Assembly (NCBI GenBank): GCA_964016885.1
Contig: CAXHJY010001372.1
Span: 1-64,000 of the forward strand
DNA length: 64,000 nt
Source: Eledone cirrhosa
Lineage: Eukaryota
Direction of reading: 5' to 3'
A model generated the notes under the pieces. It was not told the DNA's origin. It did not search any database and saw only the letters and a list, made by a program, of their open reading frames with translations. Position 1 is the first letter of the stretch; the number at the start of each line of letters is the position of its first letter. The translations under genes were made by a program, and so were the position numbers. Shown piece after piece: positions 28,023-40,324 of the stretch.

Positions 28023-28322
28023 CTACACACAACCTTCAGCCCTCCCCGCTCGGACACCCCGTCTCCCTCTCCCCACTCCACCTGCCACCACCCCTACACA
28101 CCCCACACCCTTCCACCACCTGCTTTACCCCCCTTTTAATTTCAGTTTATTTTGATCATGCCTTTATATTTAAATTTATCTCATTCCTTGTATTTTGATC
28201 ATGCTTTATTTTTATTTTTATCTTTATTTTTTTATTTTTTTCATTCGCACCGTTTCCTTTCGCTATATGTCTCTCCACCACTCCCCTACACACCCTTTGA
28301 ACTCTGTTCCCACACACTTCTC

Positions 28323-28354
28323 ACCTGAGGAAGGGCTTATGCCCGAAACGTCGT
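28323..28354 (+). ncRNA. Minimal Penelope-type hammerhead motif
   Basis: CTGAGGA-A-GGGC-TTAT-GCCC-GAAACGTC; palindromic ACGT stem III; AATAAA at 28391; stem I only 2 bp. Confidence 0.65.
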
Positions 28355-28527
28355 CCCCCACCAACACCCCACTCTCCAGAGCCTGAAATTAATAAACATT
28401 CGTTGTACTGCCTCTCTGTTTTGTCCCTGTTCAAATTTTTCCATTATATATATATATATATATAAAGTATTAAAAAAATAATGAATAAAACAATGAAACA
28501 GTTCCTTATATTAAACAAAAAAAGTTC

Positions 28528-28662
28528 ATTATTTAACGATCGTTTCTAGGACATATATGTGTTAGAATTGGCAAGCATATTCAACAGATCTATGTACAAA
28601 ATTATACAAACTATCAAATCTAATATACATACCAACACATACATATGCCGTCTTCAGAAAAC
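28528..28662 (-). ncRNA. Hammerhead motif with ~100-nt stem II (family H-CGATCG)
   Basis: Reverse complement: tttt-CTGAAGA-cggcatatgtatgtgttgg...ctaacacatatatgtccta-GAA-ACGATCGT-T-aaat. Confidence 0.65.
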
Positions 28663-28676
28663 TCTTGGTAGATTTA

Positions 28677-28725
<49 letters not shown>

Positions 28726-28815
28726 ATTCATGAATATATCTATGATATATATATATAATCATAAAGCGAAATGACAGGAGGCCAAATATGTGGTATTTCC
28801 TTAATTTTTTATTCC

Positions 28816-28886
28816 TGCAAATACTATACACATTTCAGTGGCCAGATTGTGTGAGAACACGGTGACATCATCAGGTGTAAATTGCA
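28816..28886 (-). ncRNA. Degenerate hammerhead motif
   Basis: Reverse complement: tgcaatttacac-CTGATGA-...-GAA-ATGTGT-A-tagtatttgca then AATAAA; ATGTGT is plausibly CpG-decayed ACGCGT. Confidence 0.5.
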
Positions 28887-29167
28887 TAATAGATGTATAC
28901 CAATGAAATGATGGTAGACTTTAAGGAAAAGTGGGTGTTTATGTTTTTTACCCAGAGACAGCCGTAGAAGTATGCTGCCACATTGCTCCCCTGTCTCTAT
29001 ATCATATATATATATATAGAGTACTTATATATGTTTGGTGTGATAACTATATATACATTTATTGTCTGTGTGTGTATGTGCATATATATTTATGTATGTG
29101 TGTGTGTGTATGTGTGTGTGTCTCTCTCTATATATATATATATATACGTGTGTGTGTGCATGTGTGA

Positions 29168-29201
<34 letters not shown>

Positions 29202-29557
29202 GGAGGCACATGGCTTAGGATGGAGGCACATGGCTTAGTGGTTAGAGCATTCGCCTTGCAATCGAAAGGTTGTGAGTTCAATTCTCAGACCGGGTGATGT
29301 GTTGTTTCCTTGAGCAAGACACTTTATTTCACATTGCTCCAGTTTAATCAGCTGTAGAAATGAGATGATAGGGACTGGGGTCCCTATCATTCCACTGCAA
29401 AGTAGTCGTGGAGGTGCCACGGCAAAAAAGCACCCAGCACTCACTGTAAATGAGGTTGGTGTTAGGAAGGGCATCCAGCTGTAGAAATCAAGCCACAATC
29501 AGTTCCCGTCCCACCCTTGCAAGCAGGGAAAAGCGGATGAAAAATGAGGATGATGAT
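29202..29557 (+). mobile_element. SINE family B, full length (tRNA head, CORE-like domain, RTE-type tail), with 20-bp head duplication
   Basis: A box TGGCTTAGTGG, B box GAGTTCAATTCT, CORE-like tccttgagcaagacactt...ccagtttactcagctgtagaaatg, (GAT)n tail. Confidence 0.9.
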
Positions 29558-29679
29558 ATCTATATATACGTTTATATATATATATACATTCACACACACA
29601 TATATATATACCAGGAAAGAAAATTGACATTGCTTAAAGCCTATGGTATTCATTCATATGGGTATTATACACTACACCC

Positions 29680-29681
29680 TC

Positions 29682-29716
<35 letters not shown>

Positions 29717-30162
29717 CATATAAAGATACATATATATATAAAGATACATATATGTATATGTATATATATGTATATGTATATATATATATATGTATATGTA
29801 TATATATATATGTATATATATATGTATATGTATATATATATATGTATATGTATATATATATATTTATACATATGTATATATATACATATGTATATATATA
29901 TATATATATGTATATATATACACATATATATATGTATATATATACATATATACATATATATATATGTATATATATACATATATACATATATATATGTATA
30001 TATATACATATATACATATACATATATATATATACATATATATACATATATACATATACATATGCCTATATACATGTATATATATGTATATATATATGCA
30101 TATATATACATATATATATATGTATATATACATATATATATATATGTACATATATATATATC

Positions 30163-30223
<61 letters not shown>

Positions 30224-30368
30224 ATACATATATATATACATATATATATATATGTACATATATATATATCCATACATATATATATATACATATATATATA
30301 TATGTACATATATATATATCCATACATATATATATACATATATATATATATGTACATATATATATATC

Positions 30369-30426
<58 letters not shown>

Positions 30427-30492
30427 CATATATATATATATATATACATACATATACATATACACACATACATACTCATGAATACATACATG
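29680..30492. repeat. Long (TA/CA/TG)n microsatellite
   Basis: Direct reading. Confidence 0.95.
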
Positions 30493-30749
30493 CAAAATAA
30501 ATATAACAGATCAAAAAATCACAAAAGACCTCTTTGAAAAGCTCTAAGAGATAAATAATAAATTGGGGGAATATGTAGAAAGGGTGGAGGTATTAAGTGA
30601 AGAAGAAAAGGTTGGAAACTAGTGAAAAGACCAATGTGGGGCACTTAAAAATTAGGGGGTAGCTACTTTAGCTGGGTGGGGAACCTACATACATAATGTA
30701 CATATACATACTATATACATATACAGTATATATATATATTTATATATAT

Positions 30750-30868
30750 GTTAAAACAATGAAATAAAAAATCAAGTCATTAGAAATATACTTCACTGCT
30801 TTACGATCGTTTCTAGGTGATGATAATACATCGTAACTATACTTCGTTATCGATCTATGTAAGGTTCT
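30750..30868 (-). mobile_element. 5'-truncated H-CGATCG family fragment (hammerhead 3' half)
   Basis: Reverse complement ...cctaGAA-ACGATCGT-A-AAGCAGT plus tail shared with 37185-37230. Confidence 0.65.
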
Positions 30869-31034
30869 GTGTATATATATATGTATACACTATGTATATT
30901 TTTATTTATATATATATATGCATACAAATACATATATATACATATGCACTATATATATATACGTATATATATATATATATGTATGTATATATATATATAT
31001 ATATATGCATACAAATATATATTTATACATACAA

Positions 31035-31087
<53 letters not shown>

Positions 31088-31100
31088 TATACATATACAC

Positions 31101-31141
<41 letters not shown>

Positions 31142-31161
31142 TCATATATACACATATGCAC

Positions 31162-31203
<42 letters not shown>

Positions 31204-31207
<4 letters not shown>

Positions 31208-31412
31208 GAAAAAGTATGACCCCGACGGCAGAGCTCAAGCCGTTTCGACGGCTATTTCTGGACTCTATTTGCGCCCTGAAATAGCCGTCGAAACGGCTTG
31301 AGCTCTGCCGTCGGGGTCATACTTTTTCCTATTTCCCACTCTACTACCCTAAGTATTGAGTACTCTGGTGCGTTATGGTCCATCTGGTTCCTTACCACAA
31401 CTCCTTTGTTAT
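31204..31412 (+). mobile_element. Palindromic element family P, copy 2, in (TA)n
   Basis: Perfect 55-bp arms 31204-31258/31278-31332 plus unique tail. Confidence 0.82.
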
Positions 31413-31669
31413 ATATATTATATATATAATATATATATATTATATATATATATATATATTATATATATAGATATATATTATATATATAAATATAATATAT
31501 ATATATATACACTGCACAACACAATAGTAAAACGCATGTACACACCTTCTTTCTTCATATATCGACGTTTCTTTCAGCCATTCAGTCTAAAATAATACCA
31601 GAAAAAAAAGTGACATTTTTCAGTTGTACAATATGTTTATCAAATATTTAAGATTATTTCACCTGTGTT

Positions 31670-32209
31670 GTGTGTATATATATATATATATACGTGTGTG
31701 TGTGTATACATAGAAATATATATACACTTATACATATATATATATATACATACATACATGTATATATATATACATATACACATACATATGTATATATATA
31801 TATACATACATGTATATATATATACATACATGTATATATATATACATACATGTATATACATACATGTATATACATACATACGTGTATATATATACATACA
31901 TACATACATGTATATATATACATACATACATGTATACATATACACATACATATATGTATATATATACACCTATATGTATATATATATACATACATGTATA
32001 TATATATACATACATGTATATATATACATACATACATGTATATATATATACATACATGTATATATATATACATACATACATATATACATACATACATACA
32101 TACGTGTATACATATACACACACATATATGTGTATATATATATACATACACGTATATATATAAATACACATACATATATCTATATATACACATACATATG
32201 CTTATACAA

Positions 32210-32240
<31 letters not shown>

Positions 32241-32308
32241 CAAATATACACACACACACACACACATATGCATATATATATGTGTGTATGTGTGTATATA
32301 TATATATA
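31670..32308. repeat. (TA/TACA)n microsatellite
   Basis: Direct reading. Confidence 0.93.
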
Positions 32309-32544
32309 AAAGTGTAGTCTTCTGTCTATAAGGCCCACCAGATTGTCCCTTGTGTATATTGGGGGTTCTTTTCACTGTTTGTCAACAACAAAAGGGATCA
32401 CACCCACCTTTGTTCAGGGTTTTGTTATGGTCGTTTTTTGTGAGGGCTTTTCTTTTTGTTATGTTGTTTTATTTTTTGCTCTGATTTCTTTTTTGTTTGG
32501 TTTTGTTGATGTAGTTTGGGCTTTTTTTGTGTTGTCATAATAGT

Positions 32545-34020
32545 ATGTGTGTGAGTGTGTGAGTGTGTGTGTGTGTGTGTGTGAGTTTGTGTGTGTGTGT
32601 GAGAGAGAGTATGTGTGTGTGTGAGTTTGTGTGTGTGTGTGTGAGTTTGTGTGTGTGTGTGTGAGTGTGTGTGTGTGTGTGAGAGAGAGTATGTGTGTGT
32701 GAGTTTGTGTGTGTGTGTGTGTGAGTTTGTGTGTGTGTGTGAGAGTTTGTGTGTGTGTGTGAGAGAGAGTATGTGTGTGTGTGAGTTTGTGTGTGTGTGT
32801 GTGTGTGTGTGAGAGTTTGTGTGTGTGTGTGTGTGAGAGTTTGTGTGTGTGTGTGAGAGAGAGTATGTGTGTGTGTGAGTTTGTGTGTGTGTGTGAGAGA
32901 AAGTATGTGTGTGTGTGAGTTTGTGTGTGTGTGTGAGAGAGAGTATGTGTGTGTGTGAGTTTGTGTGTGTGTGTGTGTGTGTGAGTTTGTGTGTGTGTGT
33001 GTGTGTGAGTTTGTGTGTGTGTGTGTGAGAGTTTGTGTGTGTGTGTGAGAGAGAGTATGTGTGTGTGTGAGTTTGTGTGTGTGTGTGTGAGTTTGTGTGT
33101 GTGTGTGTGAGAGTTTGTGTGTGTGTGTGAGAGTTTGTGTGTGTGTGAGAGGGAGTGTGTGTGTTTATTTGTATGTGTGTGAGACAGTGAAATGAGTATG
33201 TGTCAGAGGGTGTGTATGTGTGTCAGTGCGTATGTATGTGTCAGAGGGTTGTATGTGAGTTAGTGTGTGTGTATGTTAGTGTGTGTGTGAGAGGGGGAGA
33301 GAGTGTGTGTCAGTTGTGATGTGTGTGTGTATGTCAGTATGTGTGAGAGAGGGGGAGAGAGCGTGTGTCAGTGCGATGTGTGTGTGTGTGTATCAGTGTG
33401 GATGTGTGTCAGTGTGATGTGATGTGATGTGTGTGTGTATGTCAGTATGTGTGTGAGAGGGGGAGAGAGCGTGTGTCAGTGCGATGTGTGTGTGTGTGTG
33501 TGTATCAGTGTGGATGTGTGCCTGTGTGTGTGTGTGTGTGTCAGTATGTGTGTGAGAGGGGGAGAGAGTGTGTGTCAGTGTGATGTGTGTGTATGTCAGT
33601 ATGTGTGTGAGAGGGGGAGAGAGTGTGTGTCAGTGTGATGTGTGTGTGTGTATCAGTGTGGATGTGTGCCTGTGTGTGTGTGTGTGTGTCAGTATGTGTG
33701 TGAGAGGGGGAGAGAGCGTGTGTCAGTGCGATGTGTGTGTGTGTGTATCAGTGTGGATGTGTGCCTGTGTGTGTGTGTGTGTCAGTATGTGTGTGAGAGG
33801 GGGAGAGAGTGTGTCAGTGTGATGTGTGTGTGTATATCAGTGTGGATGTGTGTCTGTCCGTGTGTGTGAGAGGGGGAGTGAGTGTGTGTCAGGGTGGAAG
33901 TGTGTCTATGCCTCAGTGAGTGTGCGTGTGTGAGTACTGTGTATGTGTGTGTGTGTGTGTATGTATGTATATGTATGTGTGTGTGTATGTGTGTGTATAT
34001 GTATGTGTGTGTATGTACAT
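32545..34020. repeat. (TG)n compound arrays; ~95-bp unit with gagggggagagag and tatcagtgtggatg at 33280-33890
   Basis: Direct reading. Confidence 0.9.
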
Positions 34021-34077
34021 GTTAAATGGATTTGGTTTTCTATCATTGTATATGTCCATCCAATACAGGTATTGTTT

Positions 34078-34112
<35 letters not shown>

Positions 34113-35665
34113 GGTGGTGGTGATGGTGGTGGTGGTAGTGGTAGTGGTAGTAGTAGTGGTAATAGTAGTAGTGGTAGTAGTAGTGGTAGTAGTAGTAGCG
34201 GTGATGGTGGTAGTGGTAGTGGTAGTAGTGGTGGTGGTGGTGGTGATGGTGGTAGTGGTAGTGGTAGTGGTAGTGGTGGTAGCGGTATTGATAGTAGTGG
34301 TGGTAGTAGTGGTAGTGGTTGTAGTGGTGGTAGTAGTAGTATTGATAGTAGTGGTGGTAGTAGTAGTATTGATAGTAGTGGTGGTAGTAGTTGTAGTGGT
34401 GGTAGTATTAATTACTGATATTGTAGTAGTTGTTGCAGTTATTTCTGTTGCTGTAGTAGTACTATTATTAGTGATAGTGGTGGTAGTAGTAGTAGTAGTA
34501 GTGTTAGTAGTAGTAGTAGTAGTAATGATAGTAGTGGTGGTAGTAGTAGTGATAGTAGTGGTGGTCGTAGTAGTAGTTGTTGCAGTTATTTCTGTTGTAG
34601 TTGCTGTAGTAGTAGTAGTAGTATTAGTGATAGTGGTGGTAGTAGTAGTAGTAATGGTATTAATAGTAGTAGTGATAGTAGTGGTGGTAGTAGTAGTAAC
34701 AGTAGTGGCGGTAGTAGTAGTTGCAGTTATTTCTGTTGTTGTAGTTGCTGGAGTAGTAGTATTAGTATTAGTGGTGGTAGTAGTGTTAGTAGTAGTAGTA
34801 CTAGTAGTATTATTAGTGATAGTGGTGGTGGTGGTGGTGGTAGTAGTAGTGATAGTAGTGGCGGTAGTAGTGGTAGTTGCAGTTATTTCTGTTGTTGTAG
34901 TTGCTGTAGTAGTAGTATTAGTGGTGGTAGTAGTGTTAGTAGTAGTAGTAGTACTAGTAGTATTATTAGTGATAGTGGTGGTGGTGGTGGTGGTAGTAGT
35001 AGTGATAGTAGTGGCGGTAGTAGTAGTAGTTGCAGTTATTTCTGTTGTTGTAGTTGCTGTAGTAGTAGTATTAGCATTAGTGGTGGTAGTAGTGTTAGTA
35101 GTAGTAGTACTAGTAGTATTATTAGTGATAGTGGTGGTGGTGGTGGTGGTAGTAGTAGTGATAGTAGTGGCGGTAGTAGTGGTAGTTGCAGTTATTTCTG
35201 TTGTTGTAGTTGTGGTTACAGTTATTGTAATGGTTACAGGTGTTGTAGACTTATATTTGCCCTCATTGATGTTGTAGTTACTGTTGTTGTAGCTACTGTT
35301 GTTGTAGTTACTGTTGTTGTTGTAGTTATGTTGATGTTCTGAGTGATCTTATAGTTGTAGTTGTTCTTATTGTAGTATTTGTAGATTTGTTGTTGTTATT
35401 GACACTATAGTTGTTGTTGTTGTTATTGACACTATAGTTGTAGTTATGTTGTAGTTGTTGACGCTATAGTTGTTGTTGTTGTTATTGACACTATAGTTGC
35501 TGTTGTTATTGTAGTTATATTGATGATGATGATGTAGTTATGTTACTGTTATTATTGCTGTTGTTGTTACTGTAGTTGTAGTTGTTACTGACACTTTAGT
35601 TGCTGTTGTTGTTGTTGTAGTTGTTACTGACACTTTAGTTGCTGTTGTTGTTGTTGTAGTTGTTA
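34078..35665. repeat. (GTA/GTG/GTT)n low-complexity array with ~150-bp higher-order unit (gttgcagttatttctgttg)
   Basis: Marker recurs near 34433, 34580, 34721, 34877, 35029, 35185. Confidence 0.9.
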
Positions 35666-36000
35666 TAACAGAACACGTCACTGGAGAAGACATTATTTTA
35701 TAAGCTGAACACAATAACGATAATGATTTCATTTATTAGCCACAAGGGCCGACATGTAGGGGACAATACAAAGACAGGGACAGTGGGGGCCAATAAGTAG
35801 GGGACAATACAAAGACAGGGACAGTGGGGGGTTTACAATAAGGTCGAGTAAAAGTGCACAATGGCAAGACTAATTTAACAATGAAGATATACAAATATAA
35901 AATAAACTATGTATAAATATAACGATAATGAAGCTAGTTAACACTGACTTCACTGAGAAAACTGTATAGACTTGTGTATGTATGCATAGCGTATGTATAG

Positions 36001-36870
36001 ATCATCATCATCATCATCATCGTCTTCGTTTAACGTCCATCTTCCACGCTAGCATGGGTTAGACGGGAGTTGTCCCACTTGAGGCCAGATTGGTCGGGTG
36101 ACCGTGTCTCGCTCGTATAGGACTGACTGTCTAGCAGGTTTTCTACGGCTGGATGCCCTTCCTAACACCAAGCACGTTTACAATGTGGAACTGGGAGCTT
36201 TTTACCTACACGGCCACATTACAGCATGGCCTGTATTTTTTTGCTGTGACACCTACACAACCTCATTAGTTTGGACTGGATGCTGTGGTACCAACATAAC
36301 TTTATAGAGAGAGGGTGGTGTTGGCGGGAATGAGAGGATGGAGTAGGGGTGTATGTTTGGTTAGGAGGGGCCTACTGACTGTAGGTTAACTTTGCCCGTA
36401 GGGAAGGCGGGTCTTCTGTATTACTGCGTGGCGCCAAAGATCTCGATCCAGTGACATTGTCTTAGAGAGGTGCAAGTGTGCAAGGTCGGAATTTATCATG
36501 TCATCCCAGGTTTTTCTGGGTCTACCTACTCCGTAACTACCATCAATTTTGATCGCCCTGCACTTTTTTATACAAGTGTCGTCTTTCATGCGCATCACGT
36601 GACCCTACGAACATAATCTTCTCTCGAGTAAACAGCATCTGATCCCTCTTATTCTTAATTTCTCACTTAGTTCATTTATGTTTTGCCGTTCACGTATATT
36701 ACTATTACACATCCAACGGAGCATGCATGCTTCGTTCCTTTCCAGTCTGCGCAGCATGTCTCACTGCCATGTAACATTGCTGTTTGTATACACGCATCAT
36801 ACAATCTGACTTTCATTTTTAGAGAGAAAACTTTTGTGGCCAACAGCGGTATAAGCTCTCTGAACTTTTT
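36001..36870 (-). mobile_element. RTE LINE, 5'-truncated: RT C-terminal pseudogene, 3' UTR and (GAT)n tail
   Basis: KFRELIPLL..FSLKMKVRLYDACIQTAMLHGSET then, after a frameshift, RRL..GHVMRM...GRPRKTWDDMINSDL...DRDLWR; stop at 36386; UTR ends ggacgttaaacga(gat)n. Confidence 0.92.
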
Positions 36871-37069
36871 ATATATGTGTCTGTGTGTGTGTGTTGTATA
36901 TGGATATATATATATATGTGTGTACATGTGTATATATACTGTGTATATATATGTATGTGTATGTGTGTACATATGTTCTAGAGAACATGGAGGAAGCATG
37001 TGCATATACATGCATATTTGTATGTGTATACACACACATATGTATATATACATGCATACATAAATATAG

Positions 37070-37184
37070 ACTGCTTCCGAAGACGGTCTGATCGAACATA
37101 TATATGAAGTCTGATAGTATACAGTTACATAACTGCTATCGATCAGTCAATATGATCAACTCTTCGAAACGATCGTAAAACAAT
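37070..37184 (+). ncRNA. Hammerhead motif with long stem II (family H-CGATCG), core CCGAAGA
   Basis: ACTGCTT-CCGAAGA-cgg...cttc-GAA-ACGATCGT-A-AAACAAT; the 5' stem I strand pairs perfectly with AAGCAGT seen in the 30795 copy. Confidence 0.65.
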
Positions 37185-37236
37185 GATATGAATAGGTAAA
37201 ATAACTTGACTTTGTTGTTATTTTCATTGTGAATTT

Positions 37237-37276
<40 letters not shown>

Positions 37277-37495
37277 ACATATATATATATATATATGTAC
37301 ATATATATATATATATACAAAACGTTGTATCGCGCTGCTATTTTTAGCGGCATGATCAACAAGTTTATAATATCCCGCTTTTACTTATGGCCTATTTTTG
37401 TGTGTAGGTCACTTTAACGGCATGACCCCATAGAACGGGCAGGAAGCGATATATTCTCTTACTATGAGGCTTTATACCCTTATAGTATGGAAATA

Positions 37496-37575
37496 GCTGT
37501 CTAAAGATCTAATTCTTTCCATTGGAAATTCTCTGAATTTCCAATCTTTTGATTAGTGAAACCGTCGGTAACAGC
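37496..37575 (+). ncRNA. Type I hammerhead motif with core variant CTAAAGA
   Basis: Stem I GCTGT/ACAGC; stem II CTAATT/GATTAG plus ATTGGAAATTC/GAATTTCCAAT; GAA-ACCGTCGGT-A. Confidence 0.7.
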
Positions 37576-37664
37576 AATAGAACAGGTGAATATTTAAATC
37601 GTTTTTTAATTTATTTAAAAGATTGCTTGATGATTACTTGTTCCGCTCATTTATATATATACAT

Positions 37665-38205
37665 ATATCTGTGTTAATCTCTCTTTATTATATTGAATTA
37701 TATTACACGGCCCGGGAAACTTTTTTTTTCCTTGAGCTATTTTAATTGTAAGGGACTACTTTGAGTTTCTAACTAAATATATACTTTTGATAAATTCGGC
37801 TCCTTGAATTTGTAGAGCTTTTTTAAATATTGAGTAAACCTGGCTGCTATTTTTGGTAGCATACGTTTTACGAGACACGCTATCCGCTGAATGCCATGTG
37901 CGTTCTTCTAAACACCTGCCTCATTTAGTCTTCTAAGAAACCTAGAAGTGAAAGGTTTACTAATTCGTACATCCACTGACGAGCAATAGAATTGGTAATT
38001 CCCTTCATTTGAGACCAAAGACTGTCTGGATGTGTATTTGATAGTTGTCACAATTCGGTTTGTACTTTTTCTTAATTTATTCTTTTAATTGAGTCTGGCA
38101 AACCGTATTGTTCATAGTTAGTATCTTAATCACCCTAGCGAACCTGGTCCCTTATGATTTGAACACATATGTACATATCTGTGTTTATCTCTCTTTATTA
38201 TATTG

Positions 38206-38213
<8 letters not shown>
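37665..38213 (+). mobile_element. ~510-bp unit bounded by a 39-bp direct repeat and carrying one hammerhead (pLTR/retrozyme-like)
   Basis: atatctgtgtt(a/t)atctctctttattatattgaattatat at 37665 and 38175. Confidence 0.65.
37969..38033 (+). ncRNA. Type I hammerhead motif, GAAA changed to GAGA
   Basis: Perfect stem I ACATCCA/TGGATGT; CTGACGA; GAATT/AATTC in stem II; GUC site at 38024-38026. Confidence 0.65.
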
Positions 38214-38263
<50 letters not shown>

Positions 38264-38268
<5 letters not shown>

Positions 38269-38559
38269 ATATAAAACGAAAAATCAGTGATGCATCTGAA
38301 CTCAATTTATTGTGTGTTACAATTGTTTCGCCGGCGGACAGCTCGAGACACGATCATTGTGTGGATCTGTCTGATTCTGGATCCGCAGATCAAGAAAGAA
38401 TTTGCTCCGAAATCATTAGACGTGTCCATCAAACCTGCGGATCCAGAATCAGACAGATCCACACAATGATCGTGTCTCGAGCTGTCCGCCGGCGAAACAA
38501 TTGTAACACACAATAAATTGAGTTCAGATGCATCACTGATTTTTCGTTTTATATTATAT
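38264..38559. repeat. Perfect palindrome, 125-bp arms with 46-nt loop, containing a hammerhead 3' half and AATAAA
   Basis: Arms 38264-38388 and 38435-38559; GAA-ACAATTGT-A at 38494-38505; AATAAA 38512. Confidence 0.93.
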
Positions 38560-38642
38560 CATACTCTGCTCTGTAAGAGCATAGAGTGCTCAACCGGCAT
38601 ACCGCCTATGGAAGCATCTTAGCTACCATCAGACACACACGC

Positions 38643-38700
<58 letters not shown>

Positions 38701-38868
38701 GTATAAATACATATAGAGAGAGATATGTAGGAGTTGTATTTAGTTTGTTGGAATTCCGACAAACATAAATGTTTATAACTGATATAGAGCACTCAACAAG
38801 TTACTGGAGTAAATATTCAAGATAATAATAATAATAATAAATGGAAACTATATTTATAAAACCATATT

Positions 38869-38933
38869 TATTTTATTATATATATTTCAAGGACGACCAA
38901 GCAAATCTTGGTGCGCGTTCATCAGATAAAATA
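38869..38933 (-). ncRNA. Type I hammerhead motif (family H-AT, copy 2)
   Basis: Reverse complement: TATTTTAT-CTGATGA-acgcgcACCAAG-atttg-CTTGGTcgtcctt-GAA-ATATATAT-A-ATAAAATA. Confidence 0.75.
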
Positions 38934-39037
38934 CAAAATTTGTTTTATAAATAATGACATGGAAATCACACCTTAACGGTGATATATAGATATATATATA
39001 TATATATTATATGTATTTATGTGTGTACGTTTTATAA

Positions 39038-39370
39038 AGGGTAAAGGGTAAAGACCCCCTTCGGTCATGAATGATCATGGGATTTACACCTAGAAAGTTT
39101 CCCTCCGAGGCACAAGTCCGGGCAAGGTTATTTGTGGAGGACCACCAGTCACCCATGTATACCAGCCTCCCCTTCCAACGCCACCTATGTTGTCCAAGGG
39201 AAAGGCAATTGCCGATACAGCTTCGCACCAGTGACGTCGTAACTCATTTCTACAGCTGAGTAAACTGGACCAACGTGAAGTAAAGTGTCAATATATATCC
39301 CAGTCCAAGAATCAAACTCACAACCTCACGATTGCAAGCCCAATGCTCTAACCATTAAGCCATGCGCCTT
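39038..39370 (-). mobile_element. CORE-like SINE with alternative body and TTTACC-type tail (family B2)
   Basis: tRNA head at 39300-39370; homologous to 60365-60410 plus 60790-61075. Confidence 0.8.
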
Positions 39371-39526
39371 ATATAAATATACACACATACATATATAAAT
39401 ATACACACACATACACATACATATATAAATACACACATAGATATATATACATGCATATACAAAAATACATATACCTACATAGTATATACATACACACAAA
39501 TATACATACATACATACATACATACA

Positions 39527-39763
39527 AAAGCGCCCATTCTACACAGTCAAGTGGTTGTGGCGGCGACATGACAAAAAGCACCCAGCACACACTGTAAATG
39601 TGGTTGGCATTAGGAAGGGCATCCAGCTGTAGAAACCAAACCAAAATCAGCCGCGGGTCAGTGAAACATGGTTCTCTGACCTGATTGTCTTCCAATGGGT
39701 CAGCCCGTCCCACCCATGCTAGCATGGAAAATGGACATTAAACGATGATGATTATGATGATGA
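39527..39763 (+). mobile_element. RTE-type tail fragment
   Basis: aaaagcacccagcacacactgtaa..gttggcattaggaagggcatccagctg..(gat)n. Confidence 0.8.
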
Positions 39764-40324
39764 TACAGGCACACAGACATTCACACACAAACACCTATCA
39801 AACAATTTATCAAAGATTTACAACTATCAAAGATTTACATTTGAGTGCGAGTTCGAGTGGAGAGATTGAGTGGAGAGATTGAGTGGAGTGTTAGATAAGA
39901 GGGTGAATGCTTCAACATGATTATCCTATTGAATTTGATAACATTTAGGGAGAGGTGAGAGGTCAAAGGTCAGGTGTCAGTAAATTCCTTCATGAAGACT
40001 AAACAGCTATCAGTTCCTGTTATATTATTCCAGAGGAAGACAAGTAGTGGGAGGAAGGACGTGAAGGGGAGTGTGGTAGGAGATATTCATTCTGTAACAC
40101 ACACACACACACCTATATATATGTATGTATGTATGTATATATATAGATACATGTCATATCTTTACCAAAGCACTGCCACTATATAACTATTATGTGTGCA
40201 CTCTGAACATCGAGATGCAGTTTCACAACTGCAAGTTTATTGACTCATTGCGTGAGAAGGTCATGGCCGGAGATTGCTGAAATAACATCAGTGACTTTCG
40301 TAAACTGTGTGTGTATGTGTGTAT

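Noticed and set aside
29222-29295. tRNA gene
   Set aside because: A/B boxes belong to SINE heads; no complete cloverleaf and the sequence continues into the SINE body
33943-35277. 444-aa poly-Val ORF
   Set aside because: Trinucleotide microsatellite frame
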